This document shows positions 18,181 through 27,569 of a stretch of 64,000 nt of DNA, piece by piece; positions within the stretch are counted from its first letter, which is position 1, and each line of letters begins with the position of its first letter. A program made the translations under genes and the position numbers. The notes under the pieces are model-generated. The model saw nothing but the letters and a program-made list of their open reading frames with translations, had not been told where the DNA came from and did no database searches. The stretch comes from an uncultured bacterium. Lineage in GTDB: Bacteria > Patescibacteriota > Minisyncoccia > UBA6257 > GWB1-50-10. The stretch spans positions 98,612-162,611 of the forward strand of contig CAVRNT010000001.1 of the NCBI GenBank assembly GCA_963722655.1, given 5' to 3'.

Positions 18181-19776
18181 CTATCTGTTGGCTTCGCACT
18201 GCTGTTGTTTGTTTTGGGCCGCCGCAAGGGTTATTTGAATGCCAGAGAGCATAATCTGGACGTTGCTATCTAAGTTGGCCGCAGTCATTGTGAGGTTGGC
18301 GACATTGCTAGAATCAACGCTATTTAGCGTACTGGACGTGACATTCGGGTCACCGATGATGCCAATCAGCGTGTTGACCGAAACCGTTGAAGAAGTAACC
18401 TGAACCGCCGCTTGTTGTAACGCGGCGGGCGTCGAACTCACGGCGATCGTCAGATTCTCCTGAGCCCAGCCGTAGTCGGGGTTGACGGGATTAGTGCCCA
18501 AGCAACCAATGAGCCCGGTAATTGGCCCGCCCAACGTCGTTATTAGGGTTTGATTGGTGCTAGAAGCGGTCGCGAGCGTCGTTGATGCGTCGGCGAGCGA
18601 ACTTGCGGCCTGGTTCAGTTGGGTCATGTACTGGCTCTGGAGCGCCGTGTTTATGGTATTAGTGTAGTTATTTGCCGCTGTGATCGTCGATGTGTTATTG
18701 GTCAGTGATTCCGGAGACGGCGCGTTTGGACCGCTAGACGGCTGGCCGCCGTTCGTCGCCGAAAGGATGACCCCTTGCAGGCCCTGCACCCCCGCCTTGA
18801 TCAGTCGGTTAAAGGCGGCGTCGGCGATCATTGCGATCGCGTTCGTTATATCCGGATCGCTGATGGTGAGATCGAGGTTAGCGTACAGCGATTTATTCAA
18901 GCCCTCTGCGAGAGCGGCGCCCGGCGTGGAGATCTTAAGATCGGCGCACTTCCACTGAAGTGTCGTTGGGTCCACGCCCGGCGCGACCAATGCTGGATCG
19001 AGGAAGTTCGGGGTGCCGCTGATGGGCGACGGCGGATTGTCCTGATCGGTGAGATTAGAAGGGGCCGGTACTGTCTGGGAGCCGACGGGCGTTCCACCTT
19101 GGATCTTGATGAGCCGCCAGCTGACGCATGACTGTGATTGGAACCCGACGTTCACTTGGGTTTGGAGGACGTTCTGAGCCGTAACCTGCTGAGCGTTGTT
19201 GTAAAGGGTGTCTTGGGTGATGATGTCTACGCCGTACTGGTTGTTCTGCGGCGCAAGGAGTTCGTAGTAGCCGATGACGCCGCCGGCGTCGAACCTGTTC
19301 CAGAAATCGTTGAAATTCGCGACGATGGAATTGAGCGTGCAGGAGCTCGGCTGGACCTGCGGGCTGGGGGCGGTTAGCTCCAGATTGACCTTGAAGCTGA
19401 ACGGGGAACAAAGGGTCGGCAGGATCGCCTGGGCCGTGTCCCCGACCGCTTGGTTCAGCGCTGGCTGGAAGACCCCTTGGCCGAAATTCTGGATGAACTT
19501 CGGGCTGCCGCCGCCGTTTATCCAGGTGATTATCTGATCGGTCATCGTGTCGATAATCCGCTTTTTAAGTGCGGACAAGGCAACTTTCAAGAGATTATCT
19601 TGCACCCATTGCCACACGCTTTGCGTTTTAGCCGCAGTGGTTATGTTTTGTAATGTTGGGTCGGAAACCAACATCACTCCAGCTACTTGAGCTTTTGCTG
19701 TTGGCGTAAAAAAACCGGGAGCCGAAATAACAGTAACAATGCCAAAAATTAAAACTGCGGTAAGAAATTTTTTCAT
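18181..19776 (-). CDS. Secreted helical protein of the T4SS-like locus
   Basis: Signal peptide; MTDQIITWINGGGSPKF segment, paired Cys, Thr/Ala/Gln-rich coiled C-terminus. Confidence 0.7.
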   Translation of the reverse strand: MKKFLTAVLIFGIVTVISAPGFFTPTAKAQVAGVMLVSDPTLQNITTAAKTQSVWQWVQDNLLKVALSALKKRIIDTMTDQIITWINGGGSPKFIQNFGQGVFQPALNQAVGDTAQAILPTLCSPFSFKVNLELTAPSPQVQPSSCTLNSIVANFNDFWNRFDAGGVIGYYELLAPQNNQYGVDIITQDTLYNNAQQVTAQNVLQTQVNVGFQSQSCVSWRLIKIQGGTPVGSQTVPAPSNLTDQDNPPSPISGTPNFLDPALVAPGVDPTTLQWKCADLKISTPGAALAEGLNKSLYANLDLTISDPDITNAIAMIADAAFNRLIKAGVQGLQGVILSATNGGQPSSGPNAPSPESLTNNTSTITAANNYTNTINTALQSQYMTQLNQAASSLADASTTLATASSTNQTLITTLGGPITGLIGCLGTNPVNPDYGWAQENLTIAVSSTPAALQQAAVQVTSSTVSVNTLIGIIGDPNVTSSTLNSVDSSNVANLTMTAANLDSNVQIMLSGIQITLAAAQNKQQQCEANR

Positions 19777-20573
19777 GAAGCCAATGATTGATATTGCGCT
19801 TGCATGGTTTGTTGAACCGTCAAATTCTCATTGAGAATATCGTTGATTTGGTTCAAACCGATAACCGCCTTAGCTGGATCGTTCGCGAGGTCGGCGATGG
19901 CCGAGAAGACAGTTATTTTCTCTTCCCAAAGGTTGATGTTAGAAAGGTGCCAGGCCGCCCAGTTGTTCGGCGCGCGCAAAGCCAAGAGGTCCACGACCTC
20001 CTGGTTTGCGATCGCGATGTACTGGTTTAGGGCTGAAGTGTCGTTGTTGTTAAAAAAGTTCGATACCATCTTGTCCATCGGCGTCTTAAAAGAGCCGAAA
20101 TCCTTTTGGGTGATCGCTCCTACGGCGGCGAGGTATTGGAGCTGGCTCGTTGTCGAAACATCGTCCGATGTCAGAATATCCTCCGGAGCGTAGGTTTTGT
20201 ATTGGAGCTTTTGGTTGATGGCTTGAGAGAGGAGTTGACTCGTCTCGTCCACGGACGGGAAGCTGATAGGGTTGGAGCCGGTCGCACTCGCGCCGGCGAA
20301 GCCGCTGTTCATCTGGAAAACGGTTTGGGCGTAGTTTTGCGTCAAAAGGTCGGTGAGATTATCCGTTACCGCTGCGGTCCCGCTCGCAGTGCCGCCGTTG
20401 TTCATCGGTCCGCGGTTCGCGCTCACGGTGTAGTCCAAGCTGCCGTCTGCACCAGCGCCAGTCTTGGCCGTGACCAAGGGTGCGTTACTTGACGAAGACG
20501 CCCCGATGATGACGAAAAATAGAGCGATTCCGCCCAAAAGAACGATCGCGGCGATGATTTTTCGTCTTTTCAT
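19773..20573 (-). CDS. Membrane-anchored hypothetical protein
   Basis: Basic N-terminus plus TM, helical C-terminal domain (APNNWAAWHL..IN); coupled to the next gene. Confidence 0.7.
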   Translation of the reverse strand: MKRRKIIAAIVLLGGIALFFVIIGASSSSNAPLVTAKTGAGADGSLDYTVSANRGPMNNGGTASGTAAVTDNLTDLLTQNYAQTVFQMNSGFAGASATGSNPISFPSVDETSQLLSQAINQKLQYKTYAPEDILTSDDVSTTSQLQYLAAVGAITQKDFGSFKTPMDKMVSNFFNNNDTSALNQYIAIANQEVVDLLALRAPNNWAAWHLSNINLWEEKITVFSAIADLANDPAKAVIGLNQINDILNENLTVQQTMQAQYQSLAS

Positions 20574-20628
20574 ATTCGCTTTCCTATCAGTATACTACAT
20601 TAGGAGCGAATTTTTAATGTTTTGGCGC

Positions 20629-21441
20629 CTATTTTAGCCCCCGAGCCAGCTTAATTATCGTAGGTAGGTCCAAGTTCTGAGGTCGATCGGCCGGGTCGAT
20701 GCCGAAACGCTTTAATTTTTCGGTCAACCTCTCTCTTGTCTCTCGTCCCCGGTCTCTTGCCGCTAGGTTATTCAATATGGTTTTACGCGGTTGTTTGAAG
20801 AGGGCAGTGATAAATAGGTAGAAAACATCGGATTTTATCGGCGTTTTGGGCAGAGGGACAACCTCGATGATCGCCGAATCCACTTTCGGGGCCGGACGGA
20901 ACGATTTTCGGTCCACTTCGGCCAAAGTCCGCGGCCGCGCCCAAAATTGGACGCTTGCAGCGAGGAGATTCATTTCCGGTGGGCAAGCGCAGAGCCGATT
21001 CGCCACCTCCTTTTGGATCAAGAGGACGATCTTTTTCGGTTTCGGGTCCAATTCCGACAAGATCCGCAAAAGATGGCCGGTCAGGTAGTAGGGAATATTG
21101 CCGACCAGTTTGTAGTGAGTAGTGAGTAGTGAGTAACTCTTATTTTTGATCATCTCCGGCAAGACACTTAAAACGTCGCCGCCGATAATTTCGACATTTT
21201 TATCATTCTTAAATTTATCCCTCAGTAAACTAACCAGCTGCCCATCCTTTTCAATGGCCAGTATTCTTGATTCTCTATTCTTAATTCTCAATTCCCGCGT
21301 AAGCTCCCCGTGCCCCGGGCCGATCTCGATGACGGTGTTGCCCCCTCCGAGCACCAATGCGGCCGCAATCTTTTTGAGCGCGCTTTTGTCTTTGAGGAAA
21401 TTCTGGCCGAGAGATCTTTTAGGTTTCATTTGTGTTCGCAT
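20629..21441 (-). CDS. rsmA: 16S rRNA m6(2)A dimethyltransferase RsmA/KsgA
   Basis: KRSLGQNFL, VIEIGPGHGELT, VGNIPYYLT, QKEVA.RL, F.PAPKVDSA. Confidence 0.96.
   Translation of the reverse strand: MRTQMKPKRSLGQNFLKDKSALKKIAAALVLGGGNTVIEIGPGHGELTRELRIKNRESRILAIEKDGQLVSLLRDKFKNDKNVEIIGGDVLSVLPEMIKNKSYSLLTTHYKLVGNIPYYLTGHLLRILSELDPKPKKIVLLIQKEVANRLCACPPEMNLLAASVQFWARPRTLAEVDRKSFRPAPKVDSAIIEVVPLPKTPIKSDVFYLFITALFKQPRKTILNNLAARDRGRETRERLTEKLKRFGIDPADRPQNLDLPTIIKLARGLK
20732..20759. repeat. Degenerate 7-nt tandem tract inside rsmA
   Basis: TCTCTTG TCTCTCG TCCCCGG TCTCTTG. Confidence 0.65.
21107..21136. repeat. 7-nt tandem tract (GTAGTGA x3) inside rsmA
   Basis: AGTTT-GTAGTGA-GTAGTGA-GTAGTGA-GTAA; reverse complement identical to 44652-44681. 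Confidence 0.95.
21263..21294. repeat. Degenerate 7-nt tandem tract (ATTCTNN x4.5) inside rsmA
   Basis: ATTCTTG ATTCTCT ATTCTTA ATTCTCA ATTC. Confidence 0.85.
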
Positions 21442-21496
21442 CTGTCTGTGCTATAATCGGAGCATCAGTAAGATTCTATCCAATCTCGCGCCTCAA

Positions 21497-21820
21497 ATGA
21501 AGGGGGTTTTGAAGGTGCCCATGTTCTGGCCGCTCTTTTTAGTTACCCTTCTGGTCGGCGCCAATCTCGTTGCCGCGCAGTTCCCTTCTCGGACCGACCT
21601 GGAACACGTTCAGTCCGCGCCCGTCGCCCGGAGCGTTGACAGCTCATTCCTGGCCACCTTGCCGGTGGCAATCGCGAGCGGCGTGCCCGGGATGCCGACC
21701 TCTTCAGCGGATGCCACGGTTGTCTCGAACACCAACGATATCTTTTGGGTAAACGCCACCGCCATATTGGGCGGGAACGGCCCTTTTCACTGTCCGAAAG
21801 CGGCGAAAACCTCGAAATAA
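21497..21820 (+). CDS. Small secreted hypothetical protein (start 21497 or 21521)
   Basis: Signal-peptide-like MFWPLFLVTLLVGANLVAA; TGcTATAAT upstream; the longer track ORF overlaps rsmA antisense. Confidence 0.45.
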   Translation: MKGVLKVPMFWPLFLVTLLVGANLVAAQFPSRTDLEHVQSAPVARSVDSSFLATLPVAIASGVPGMPTSSADATVVSNTNDIFWVNATAILGGNGPFHCPKAAKTSK

Positions 21821-21950
21821 CTTCACTTGTTGACCCTTAACCGGTACTGGAACGCCTCGGCGAGGTGGTCCCTTTTGACGTTCGATTCTCCGGCGAGTTC
21901 CGCCGAATAGATCTTCCGTACCACCCCCCCCATTAAGCTACTTTAACACA

Positions 21951-22295
21951 CTAGCGGCGCGGGGCAGCCTTAAGCTTGCATTTGCGGCAGAGGAGCGATT
22001 CGGGGTTCGCCGCCAAAACCTCCTTTTCAATGATCGCGCCGCAGTTTTCGCAGACGCCGTAACTGCCGTCCTTGATCTTCCCCAAGGCCTTTTCGATCTG
22101 CTCGAGCCGGGCATCCTGCGATTTCTTGACGCTCAAGTAATTGCCCATCTCCTCGGATTCGTCAGACTCCTCTTCACCGTGGTCGATGTCGTCGCCGAAG
22201 TCCAACGTCTCTTTGAAGCGCGCCATATCCTTTTCGATGGCCACCTTTTCCGCGATGAGGCGCTTTTCCGCCTCCTTGAGCTCCTCCTTGTTCAT
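21951..22295 (-). CDS. DksA/TraR C4-type zinc finger protein
   Basis: Coiled coil with acidic tip; GSYGVCENCG..I..EVL.ANP...LCRKC. Confidence 0.9.
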   Translation of the reverse strand: MNKEELKEAEKRLIAEKVAIEKDMARFKETLDFGDDIDHGEEESDESEEMGNYLSVKKSQDARLEQIEKALGKIKDGSYGVCENCGAIIEKEVLAANPESLLCRKCKLKAAPRR

Positions 22296-22330
22296 AAAGA
22301 AGATTTTAGCATCCTCGCCCGCTTAAATCA

Positions 22331-22355
22331 AAAACCCGCCTCTGCGGCGGGTTTT
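22331..22355. terminator. Intrinsic terminator (bidirectional form)
   Basis: AAAACCCGCC-tctgc-GGCGGGTTTT. Confidence 0.8.
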
Positions 22356-22371
22356 CCTTTTTTTTCGGCTT

Positions 22372-23463
22372 TTAAAGTTTGCTCAAGACGTCCTTGAAAC
22401 CGTTGTAGGACGTGCTGATGACTAAAGTGTTGCCGGACCAGGCGTAGTTAATGGAAGCTCCGCTGCTCAAGGGGAGATAGCGGGTTGGAACGCCGGAGAC
22501 ACTGCCGCTCTTCCAGGTGCCGGGCGTGCCGGGATCGGTCGCGAAGGCGCCGACCCAGCTGGTATTACTCTCGAAAGCTTGGGTGAAAGCAGCTTGAATG
22601 TCGCTCAAATTCGCGTTTGAGGTGATGGCGGTCACGTAGCCGAGCCACTCCTTGCCGCTGCTATCCACATAGACGAAGCCGGCTGTTCCTTGATCGTCCC
22701 AGGTGTTCTGGAGAGCGGGGGCGTTCAAGCTCAAGCCGAAGACGGTATGCATCACGCTCGCGAAGCCGACCGGGTTGCCAGTTTGGTCTTGATAAGTTAC
22801 CTCAACGAGCTGCGGTGCGGTCGAGGTTTGGATGTTGAGACTTGCAAGCGTCGCTCCGGTCGTGATGGTCGTCGCGGTAAGGCTCGCGTCGGCCGGGGTC
22901 TTGAAGAGCGAGACGTGAGGCTGGACGGCCGGGGGGGTCGTGGATGCGGTCGAGGTCGGTGCCGGAACTATTTCGGTGGAGGTCGGCGTGACCGGTGGGG
23001 GCGTCGGATTTTCCGCGACGGGCGCCGGCTGAAGCGTCGGCGTCGCGAAGAACATCGGATAGATGACGAAGTAGCCGAGGACCGCGAGGCCCACGATGAT
23101 GATGACGGTGATTATCCCGACGAAGACCCCCCTGCCACCCCTTTTCTTCGGAGGAATCGGCGAGGGAGAGCTGGTGCCGCTGCCGGGTGCTCCCACGACG
23201 GGCGGCGTCGGCGGGTTGAAATCCATTTTCGGGAGATCGAAGCTCGGAGCGCCGCCGCCCATGTCCTTGGTCGCCATACCCGCCGGAGGCGGAGGCGGGA
23301 TCAGTGCGCCTGAGGGGACGTAAGGTTTCGGCGTCTCACCGGTCTTCACCGCATTCAGATCGGAGCCCATCGTGCGGACGCCGAAGCTGGGCGTTCCGCC
23401 CTGGTTCGGGACGATCGGCGACTCCCCTTCGCCGGTACCGATATTGAAGTTATCGTTTGGCAT
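22372..23463 (-). CDS. Pro-rich single-pass membrane protein with Thr/Pro linker and extracellular domain
   Basis: VRTMGSDL motif, one TM, PT-rich linker; ATG at 23463 preferred because TGtTATAAT lies 7 nt upstream. Confidence 0.7.
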   Translation of the reverse strand: MPNDNFNIGTGEGESPIVPNQGGTPSFGVRTMGSDLNAVKTGETPKPYVPSGALIPPPPPAGMATKDMGGGAPSFDLPKMDFNPPTPPVVGAPGSGTSSPSPIPPKKRGGRGVFVGIITVIIIVGLAVLGYFVIYPMFFATPTLQPAPVAENPTPPPVTPTSTEIVPAPTSTASTTPPAVQPHVSLFKTPADASLTATTITTGATLASLNIQTSTAPQLVEVTYQDQTGNPVGFASVMHTVFGLSLNAPALQNTWDDQGTAGFVYVDSSGKEWLGYVTAITSNANLSDIQAAFTQAFESNTSWVGAFATDPGTPGTWKSGSVSGVPTRYLPLSSGASINYAWSGNTLVISTSYNGFKDVLSKL

Positions 23464-23525
23464 TGGTCTCATTATAACAAACCCGCCGGTCGGGCGGGTT
23501 GTGGACAGTCCCTCACCCTCGATTT

Positions 23526-25583
23526 TCAAGGGTGAGGGATCTCTTTTAATTGTTTGACGGAGAGCGCCAATTTCCCCTCCTCGGCGCGGATGACCCTGGC
23601 CCGCACCACGTCGCCGATCTTCGCGACGTCGCCGATGGTCTTCACAAAGCCTTCCTTGAACTCGGAGATGTGGATCATTCCGTCCTTCCCGCCGCCGAGA
23701 TCGACGATCGCGCCGAAGTCCAGCAGTTTGATGATAGGGCCTTCGACGATCTCACCCACCTTGTATTCTTTGGTGATGCCTTGGACCGCCTTGATCGCCC
23801 GGTCGACGAGCGCCTGGTCGACGCCCGAGATGAAGACGGAGCCGTCCTCCTCAATGTCGATGCCGACCCGGTTCTCGCAGTCGGCGATGATGCCGTTGAT
23901 GACCTTGCCTCCGGGGCCGATGAGCTCCCCAATCTTCTCGGGGTTGATGTGGAGGGTCACGATCTTCGGGGCGAAGGGCGAAAGTTCGGCTCTGGGATGA
24001 GCGATGGTCCTTTCCATCGCGTCCAGGATGTGGAAGCGGGCCTTCCTCGCGGCCGCAAGGGCCTCGACGAAGATCTTTTCGTTTATGCCGCCGATCTTCA
24101 CGTCCATCTGGATGGCGTTCACACCGTCCCGCGTCCCCGCCACCTTGAAATCCATGTCACCGTAGTGGTCCTCTGGTCCTTGGATGTCGGTCAAGATCTT
24201 GTACTCACCCTTGTCGTTCGACATGAGCCCGATCGCGATGCCCGCCACATGCTTTTTGATCGGCACGCCGGCGTCCATAAGTGAAAGGGAAGAGGCGCAG
24301 GTCGAAGCCTGCGACGATGAGCCGTTCGAAGAAAGAGTCTCGGCGACGATGCGGATCGTGTAAGGGAAGTCTTCCATCTTCGGGATCATCGGGGCGATGG
24401 CCTTGGCGGCCAAGGCGCCGTGGCCGATCTCGCGCCGGCCGGGACCCCGCGAGCGGCCCGCTTCGCCGGTCGCAAACTTCGGGAAGTTATAGTGGAGCAT
24501 GAAACGCTTCTTGCCGGTCGTCTCCATGGTCTCGATAAGCTGCTCGGCGCCGGGGCTCGCCAAGGTCGTGATAGCGAGGACATGCGTCTCGCCCCGTACG
24601 AAGACGGCCGATCCGTGGGTGCGCTTGAAAAGACCTACCTCGGCCAGAAGGTCGCGGACCTCGTCCAGGGCGCGGCCGTCTGCGCGGCGGTCATGTTTTA
24701 TCGCCTCTTCATGGACGAAGTTGTCCACGTACTCTTCGAAGACAATCTCGGCGATCGGGAAAACCTCCTCCGATTCACCGCTCTGAACCAAGTGTTCAAA
24801 AAGCCGCGCCTTCAAGGCGTCGGCCGTCCTGGTCTTTAATGTCTCGGCGACCACCGGTTTCAAGAAATCCTCGATCTTTTTGTGCAGTGCCGGTTCGGCT
24901 TCGGCCCAAGCGACGTTTGCCTTCGGTTTGCCCATCTCCTTCGCAACCTTCGTTTGAAAGGTGGTCAAGGCCCTTATTTTTTCAAAGGATCGGCGGAAAA
25001 CGTCCGCGGCCTCGCTTTCCGAGACCTCCTTGCCGCCGAACTCGATCATATTCATGAACTTCTCCGTGCCGGCGAAGAAGGCCTGATACCCACCCTCTTC
25101 GACGGGCTTTTCGGAGACAATCTTCACGCCCGCGACCGGCCCGCTCCACGGAACGTCGGAGGTCACGAGAGCGGCCGAGGTGGCGAGAAGACCGATTACG
25201 TCGGGGTCGTTCTTTTCGTCGTAAGCGAGGATGGTGATCGTGACCTGGACCTCCCGGCGGAGACGCGGGTCAAAGAGCGGCCGGATGGTCCGGTCGATGA
25301 GGCGGGCCGAGAGCGTCGCCTCGTCCGAGGGGCGGCCTTCGCGCCGGACGTATCGACTGCCGATGATCTTGCCGGCGGCGTAGAAGCGCTCCTCGTAGTC
25401 CACGGTCAAGGGGAAGAAGTCGCCCGGTTTGTCCTCGTTGCTCATCACGACCGTCGCGAGGACGGCGGTCTCGCCGTAGCGCCCGAGGACAGAACCGTTC
25501 GCCTGCCCGGCGAGCTTCGAGAACTCCAATGAGACCTCCTCTCTGTCCAAGGTCGTCTTATATAATTTTCTCTGCAGATCCAT
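23526..25583 (-). CDS. pnp: Polyribonucleotide nucleotidyltransferase (PNPase)
   Basis: FFPLTVDYEER, SARLIDRTIRPLF, RREIGHGALA, SNGSSSQAS, GDMDFKVAGT, KH and S1 domains. Confidence 0.97.
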   Translation of the reverse strand: MDLQRKLYKTTLDREEVSLEFSKLAGQANGSVLGRYGETAVLATVVMSNEDKPGDFFPLTVDYEERFYAAGKIIGSRYVRREGRPSDEATLSARLIDRTIRPLFDPRLRREVQVTITILAYDEKNDPDVIGLLATSAALVTSDVPWSGPVAGVKIVSEKPVEEGGYQAFFAGTEKFMNMIEFGGKEVSESEAADVFRRSFEKIRALTTFQTKVAKEMGKPKANVAWAEAEPALHKKIEDFLKPVVAETLKTRTADALKARLFEHLVQSGESEEVFPIAEIVFEEYVDNFVHEEAIKHDRRADGRALDEVRDLLAEVGLFKRTHGSAVFVRGETHVLAITTLASPGAEQLIETMETTGKKRFMLHYNFPKFATGEAGRSRGPGRREIGHGALAAKAIAPMIPKMEDFPYTIRIVAETLSSNGSSSQASTCASSLSLMDAGVPIKKHVAGIAIGLMSNDKGEYKILTDIQGPEDHYGDMDFKVAGTRDGVNAIQMDVKIGGINEKIFVEALAAARKARFHILDAMERTIAHPRAELSPFAPKIVTLHINPEKIGELIGPGGKVINGIIADCENRVGIDIEEDGSVFISGVDQALVDRAIKAVQGITKEYKVGEIVEGPIIKLLDFGAIVDLGGGKDGMIHISEFKEGFVKTIGDVAKIGDVVRARVIRAEEGKLALSVKQLKEIPHP

Positions 25584-25588
25584 AATTG

Positions 25589-26158
25589 TTATTTTCTATA
25601 GTTCCTATCCCTGGTCTCCTGTCTCCGGTCGCTTGTCTCTTGACCCCGGTCCTTGATCTTAAGGAGGGCCCGCGGCATCCGCTCGATCTCCGTGAACTTC
25701 GTCGCGATCTCCTTGAGCTTGCCCGAAGAGGTGTGACCGAAGCCGGCTACCTCCACGTCGCGGCCCATCCCCGTCTTCAAATACTCCACGAGCGGAATGA
25801 AATCACCGTCGCCGGTCACGAGGACCACGACGTCGAGCATCGGCGAGTAGCGAACGGCGTCTACAGCGAGACCCACGTCCCAATCCCCCTTCTTCGTGCC
25901 GTCGGGATAGACCTGGAGGTCCTTCACCCGGAGGTCGAAACCGCTTTTCTTTAAGGCCTCGAAGAAGGAATCCTCCCCGAGGGCCGTATCGCTCTTCGCG
26001 ACGTAGGCGAAGGCGCGGATGAGGGACCGGCGGCCGACGACGTTCCGGAGCAGTTCCTTGAAGTTGACCCGAGCGCGATAGAGGTTCTTCGCGGAATGGT
26101 AAACGTTCTGGACGTCCACGAAGACGCCCACCCGTTGAGAGGGATGTTCGTAAGACAT
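25589..26158 (-). CDS. NYN domain protein (LabA/DUF88 family)
   Basis: VFVDVQN, KGDWDVGLAVD, LVTGDGDF motifs. Confidence 0.92.
   Translation of the reverse strand: MSYEHPSQRVGVFVDVQNVYHSAKNLYRARVNFKELLRNVVGRRSLIRAFAYVAKSDTALGEDSFFEALKKSGFDLRVKDLQVYPDGTKKGDWDVGLAVDAVRYSPMLDVVVLVTGDGDFIPLVEYLKTGMGRDVEVAGFGHTSSGKLKEIATKFTEIERMPRALLKIKDRGQETSDRRQETRDRNYRK
25608..25649. repeat. Degenerate 7-nt tandem tract (6 units) encoding the NYN C-terminal tail
   Basis: TCCCTGG TCTCCTG TCTCCGG TCGCTTG TCTCTTG ACCCCGG. Confidence 0.8.
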
Positions 26159-26421
26159 TAGTCTAATTCCAACTTCTTTGCGATGCGATCGTAGGCCTTC
26201 TCGTTCTTGTCCTTCAGGTTCTGGAGGAAACGGCGGCGCTTACCCACCATCATCAAAAGCCCCCGGCGGGAATGAAAGTCCTTCGGGTTCTTTTTGAGAT
26301 GATCGGCCAAGGCCTTGATGCGCCTCGAGAGGAGCGCGATCTGCACCGGGCTCGAGCCGGTGTCGGATTCGTGGACCTGGAAATCGCTGATCGTATTCTG
26401 TTTCTGCCTCTTCTTGAGCAT
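26158..26421 (-). CDS. rpsO: 30S ribosomal protein S15
   Basis: DTGSSPVQIALLS.RI..L..HL...PKDFHSRRGLL.MVGKRRR. Confidence 0.97.
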   Translation of the reverse strand: MLKKRQKQNTISDFQVHESDTGSSPVQIALLSRRIKALADHLKKNPKDFHSRRGLLMMVGKRRRFLQNLKDKNEKAYDRIAKKLELD

Positions 26422-26428
26422 TTTTCAG

Positions 26429-26457
26429 ATTCTACCGCAGGATTAGCCGCTTGGCAA
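26429..26457 (-). promoter_or_regulatory. sigma70 promoter of rpsO, predicting a leaderless transcript
   Basis: TTGCCA-N17-TAGAAT with the -10 ending 7 nt before the ATG. Confidence 0.65.
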
Positions 26458-26465
26458 GCGGCCGT

Positions 26466-26499
26466 GGAGGTCGAACTTCCTTGGGGAGGTTCGACCCCC
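26466..26499. repeat. REP-like inverted doublet
   Basis: GGAGGTCGAACTTCC-ttgg-GGAGGTTCGACCCCC; arms are 13/15 reverse complements and each is pseudo-palindromic. Confidence 0.6.
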
Positions 26500-26568
26500 T
26501 AATTTTCTCGTTGGTTGTATAGCCAATATCTATTTTGCGACGCGAGTGATAAACTAAGATGATAAACT

Positions 26569-27453
26569 ATGCCCAGTGCGGAAAAACTTTTGAACGACTA
26601 TCTCGCCTATCTCGAGGTGGAAAGGAATCGTTCGCCGAAGACGCGTGAGAACTATGAGCGTTATCTCCGACTTTTCCTCAAGGAGTCGGGCGTGAAGGAT
26701 ATAACCGATCTCACCGAGACCGCCGTCCGCGACTTCCGCGTCGCCCTGGCCCGCCGGAACATCAAGAAGAACACCCAGAGCTATTACGTGATTGCCATTC
26801 GGAACTTCCTTAAGTTCCTCCTGAAGCGCGACTACGACGTCTTGGCGCCGGACAAGATCGAGTTGCCCAAGGTCTCGCGCCGGGACATCGAGGTCCTGGA
26901 CTATGCCGAGCTCGAGTGCCTCCTCGCCGCCCCCAAAGGAAACTCTTTGCGGGCTCTTCGCGACCGGGCGATTTTGGAAACCTTCTTTTCGACCGGCCTC
27001 CGTCTCGCCGAGCTCTGTTCCCTCCCCCGCTACATCGATCTGGGCCGCGGGGAGATCTCCGTGCGCGGGAAGGGCGATAAGCTGCGCATCGTTTTTCTTG
27101 CCGACTCCACCAAGAAGGCCATTAAGAACTATTTGGAAAAGCGCACCGACACCGAAGAGCCGCTCTTTGTGAGTTTGACAAAGACCGGCAAGGTCATTGG
27201 CCGCATCACGCCGAGGGCGGTCCAGAGGTTGGTCGACCATTACGGCCGGGCGGCGGGAATTCCGAAAAAGTTGCATCCGCACCAGCTCCGGCACAGTTTT
27301 GCCACCGACCTTTTGATAAACGGCGCTGACATCCGCTCCGTCCAGGCGCTCCTCGGCCACGCGAACATCGCAACCACCCAGATCTACACTCATCTAACCA
27401 ATAAAGAGCTCCGCGAAGTACACCAGGCCTTCCACGGCCGGAGGAGAAAATAA
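26569..27453 (+). CDS. XerC/XerD-like tyrosine recombinase
   Basis: SAM-like N-domain (ERNRSPKT..NY), RDRAILE..FSTGLRLAEL, VRGKG.K.R, HPHQLRHSFAT, LLGHANIATTQIYTH. Confidence 0.95.
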   Translation: MPSAEKLLNDYLAYLEVERNRSPKTRENYERYLRLFLKESGVKDITDLTETAVRDFRVALARRNIKKNTQSYYVIAIRNFLKFLLKRDYDVLAPDKIELPKVSRRDIEVLDYAELECLLAAPKGNSLRALRDRAILETFFSTGLRLAELCSLPRYIDLGRGEISVRGKGDKLRIVFLADSTKKAIKNYLEKRTDTEEPLFVSLTKTGKVIGRITPRAVQRLVDHYGRAAGIPKKLHPHQLRHSFATDLLINGADIRSVQALLGHANIATTQIYTHLTNKELREVHQAFHGRRRK

Positions 27454-27457
27454 TCTG

Positions 27458-27539
27458 TGCCCTCGAGAGGATTTGAACCTCTAACCCTTGCGGGACAGCG
27501 TCCTAAGCGCTGCGCGTATGCCAATTCCGCCACGAGGGC
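27458..27539 (-). tRNA. tRNA-Leu(TAG)
   Basis: Acceptor GCCCTCG/CGAGGGC, anticodon arm CAGCG-CT-TAG-GA-CGCTG, long variable arm, GGTTCAAATCC; CCA not encoded. Confidence 0.95.
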
Positions 27540-27569
27540 AACACTACGATTTTATCAGGTTTTTCTGAT

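Noticed and set aside
26569-27539. Prophage or ICE integrated at tRNA-Leu
   Set aside because: No att duplication seen and no phage genes; the genes beyond the recombinase are core (rpsO, pnp)
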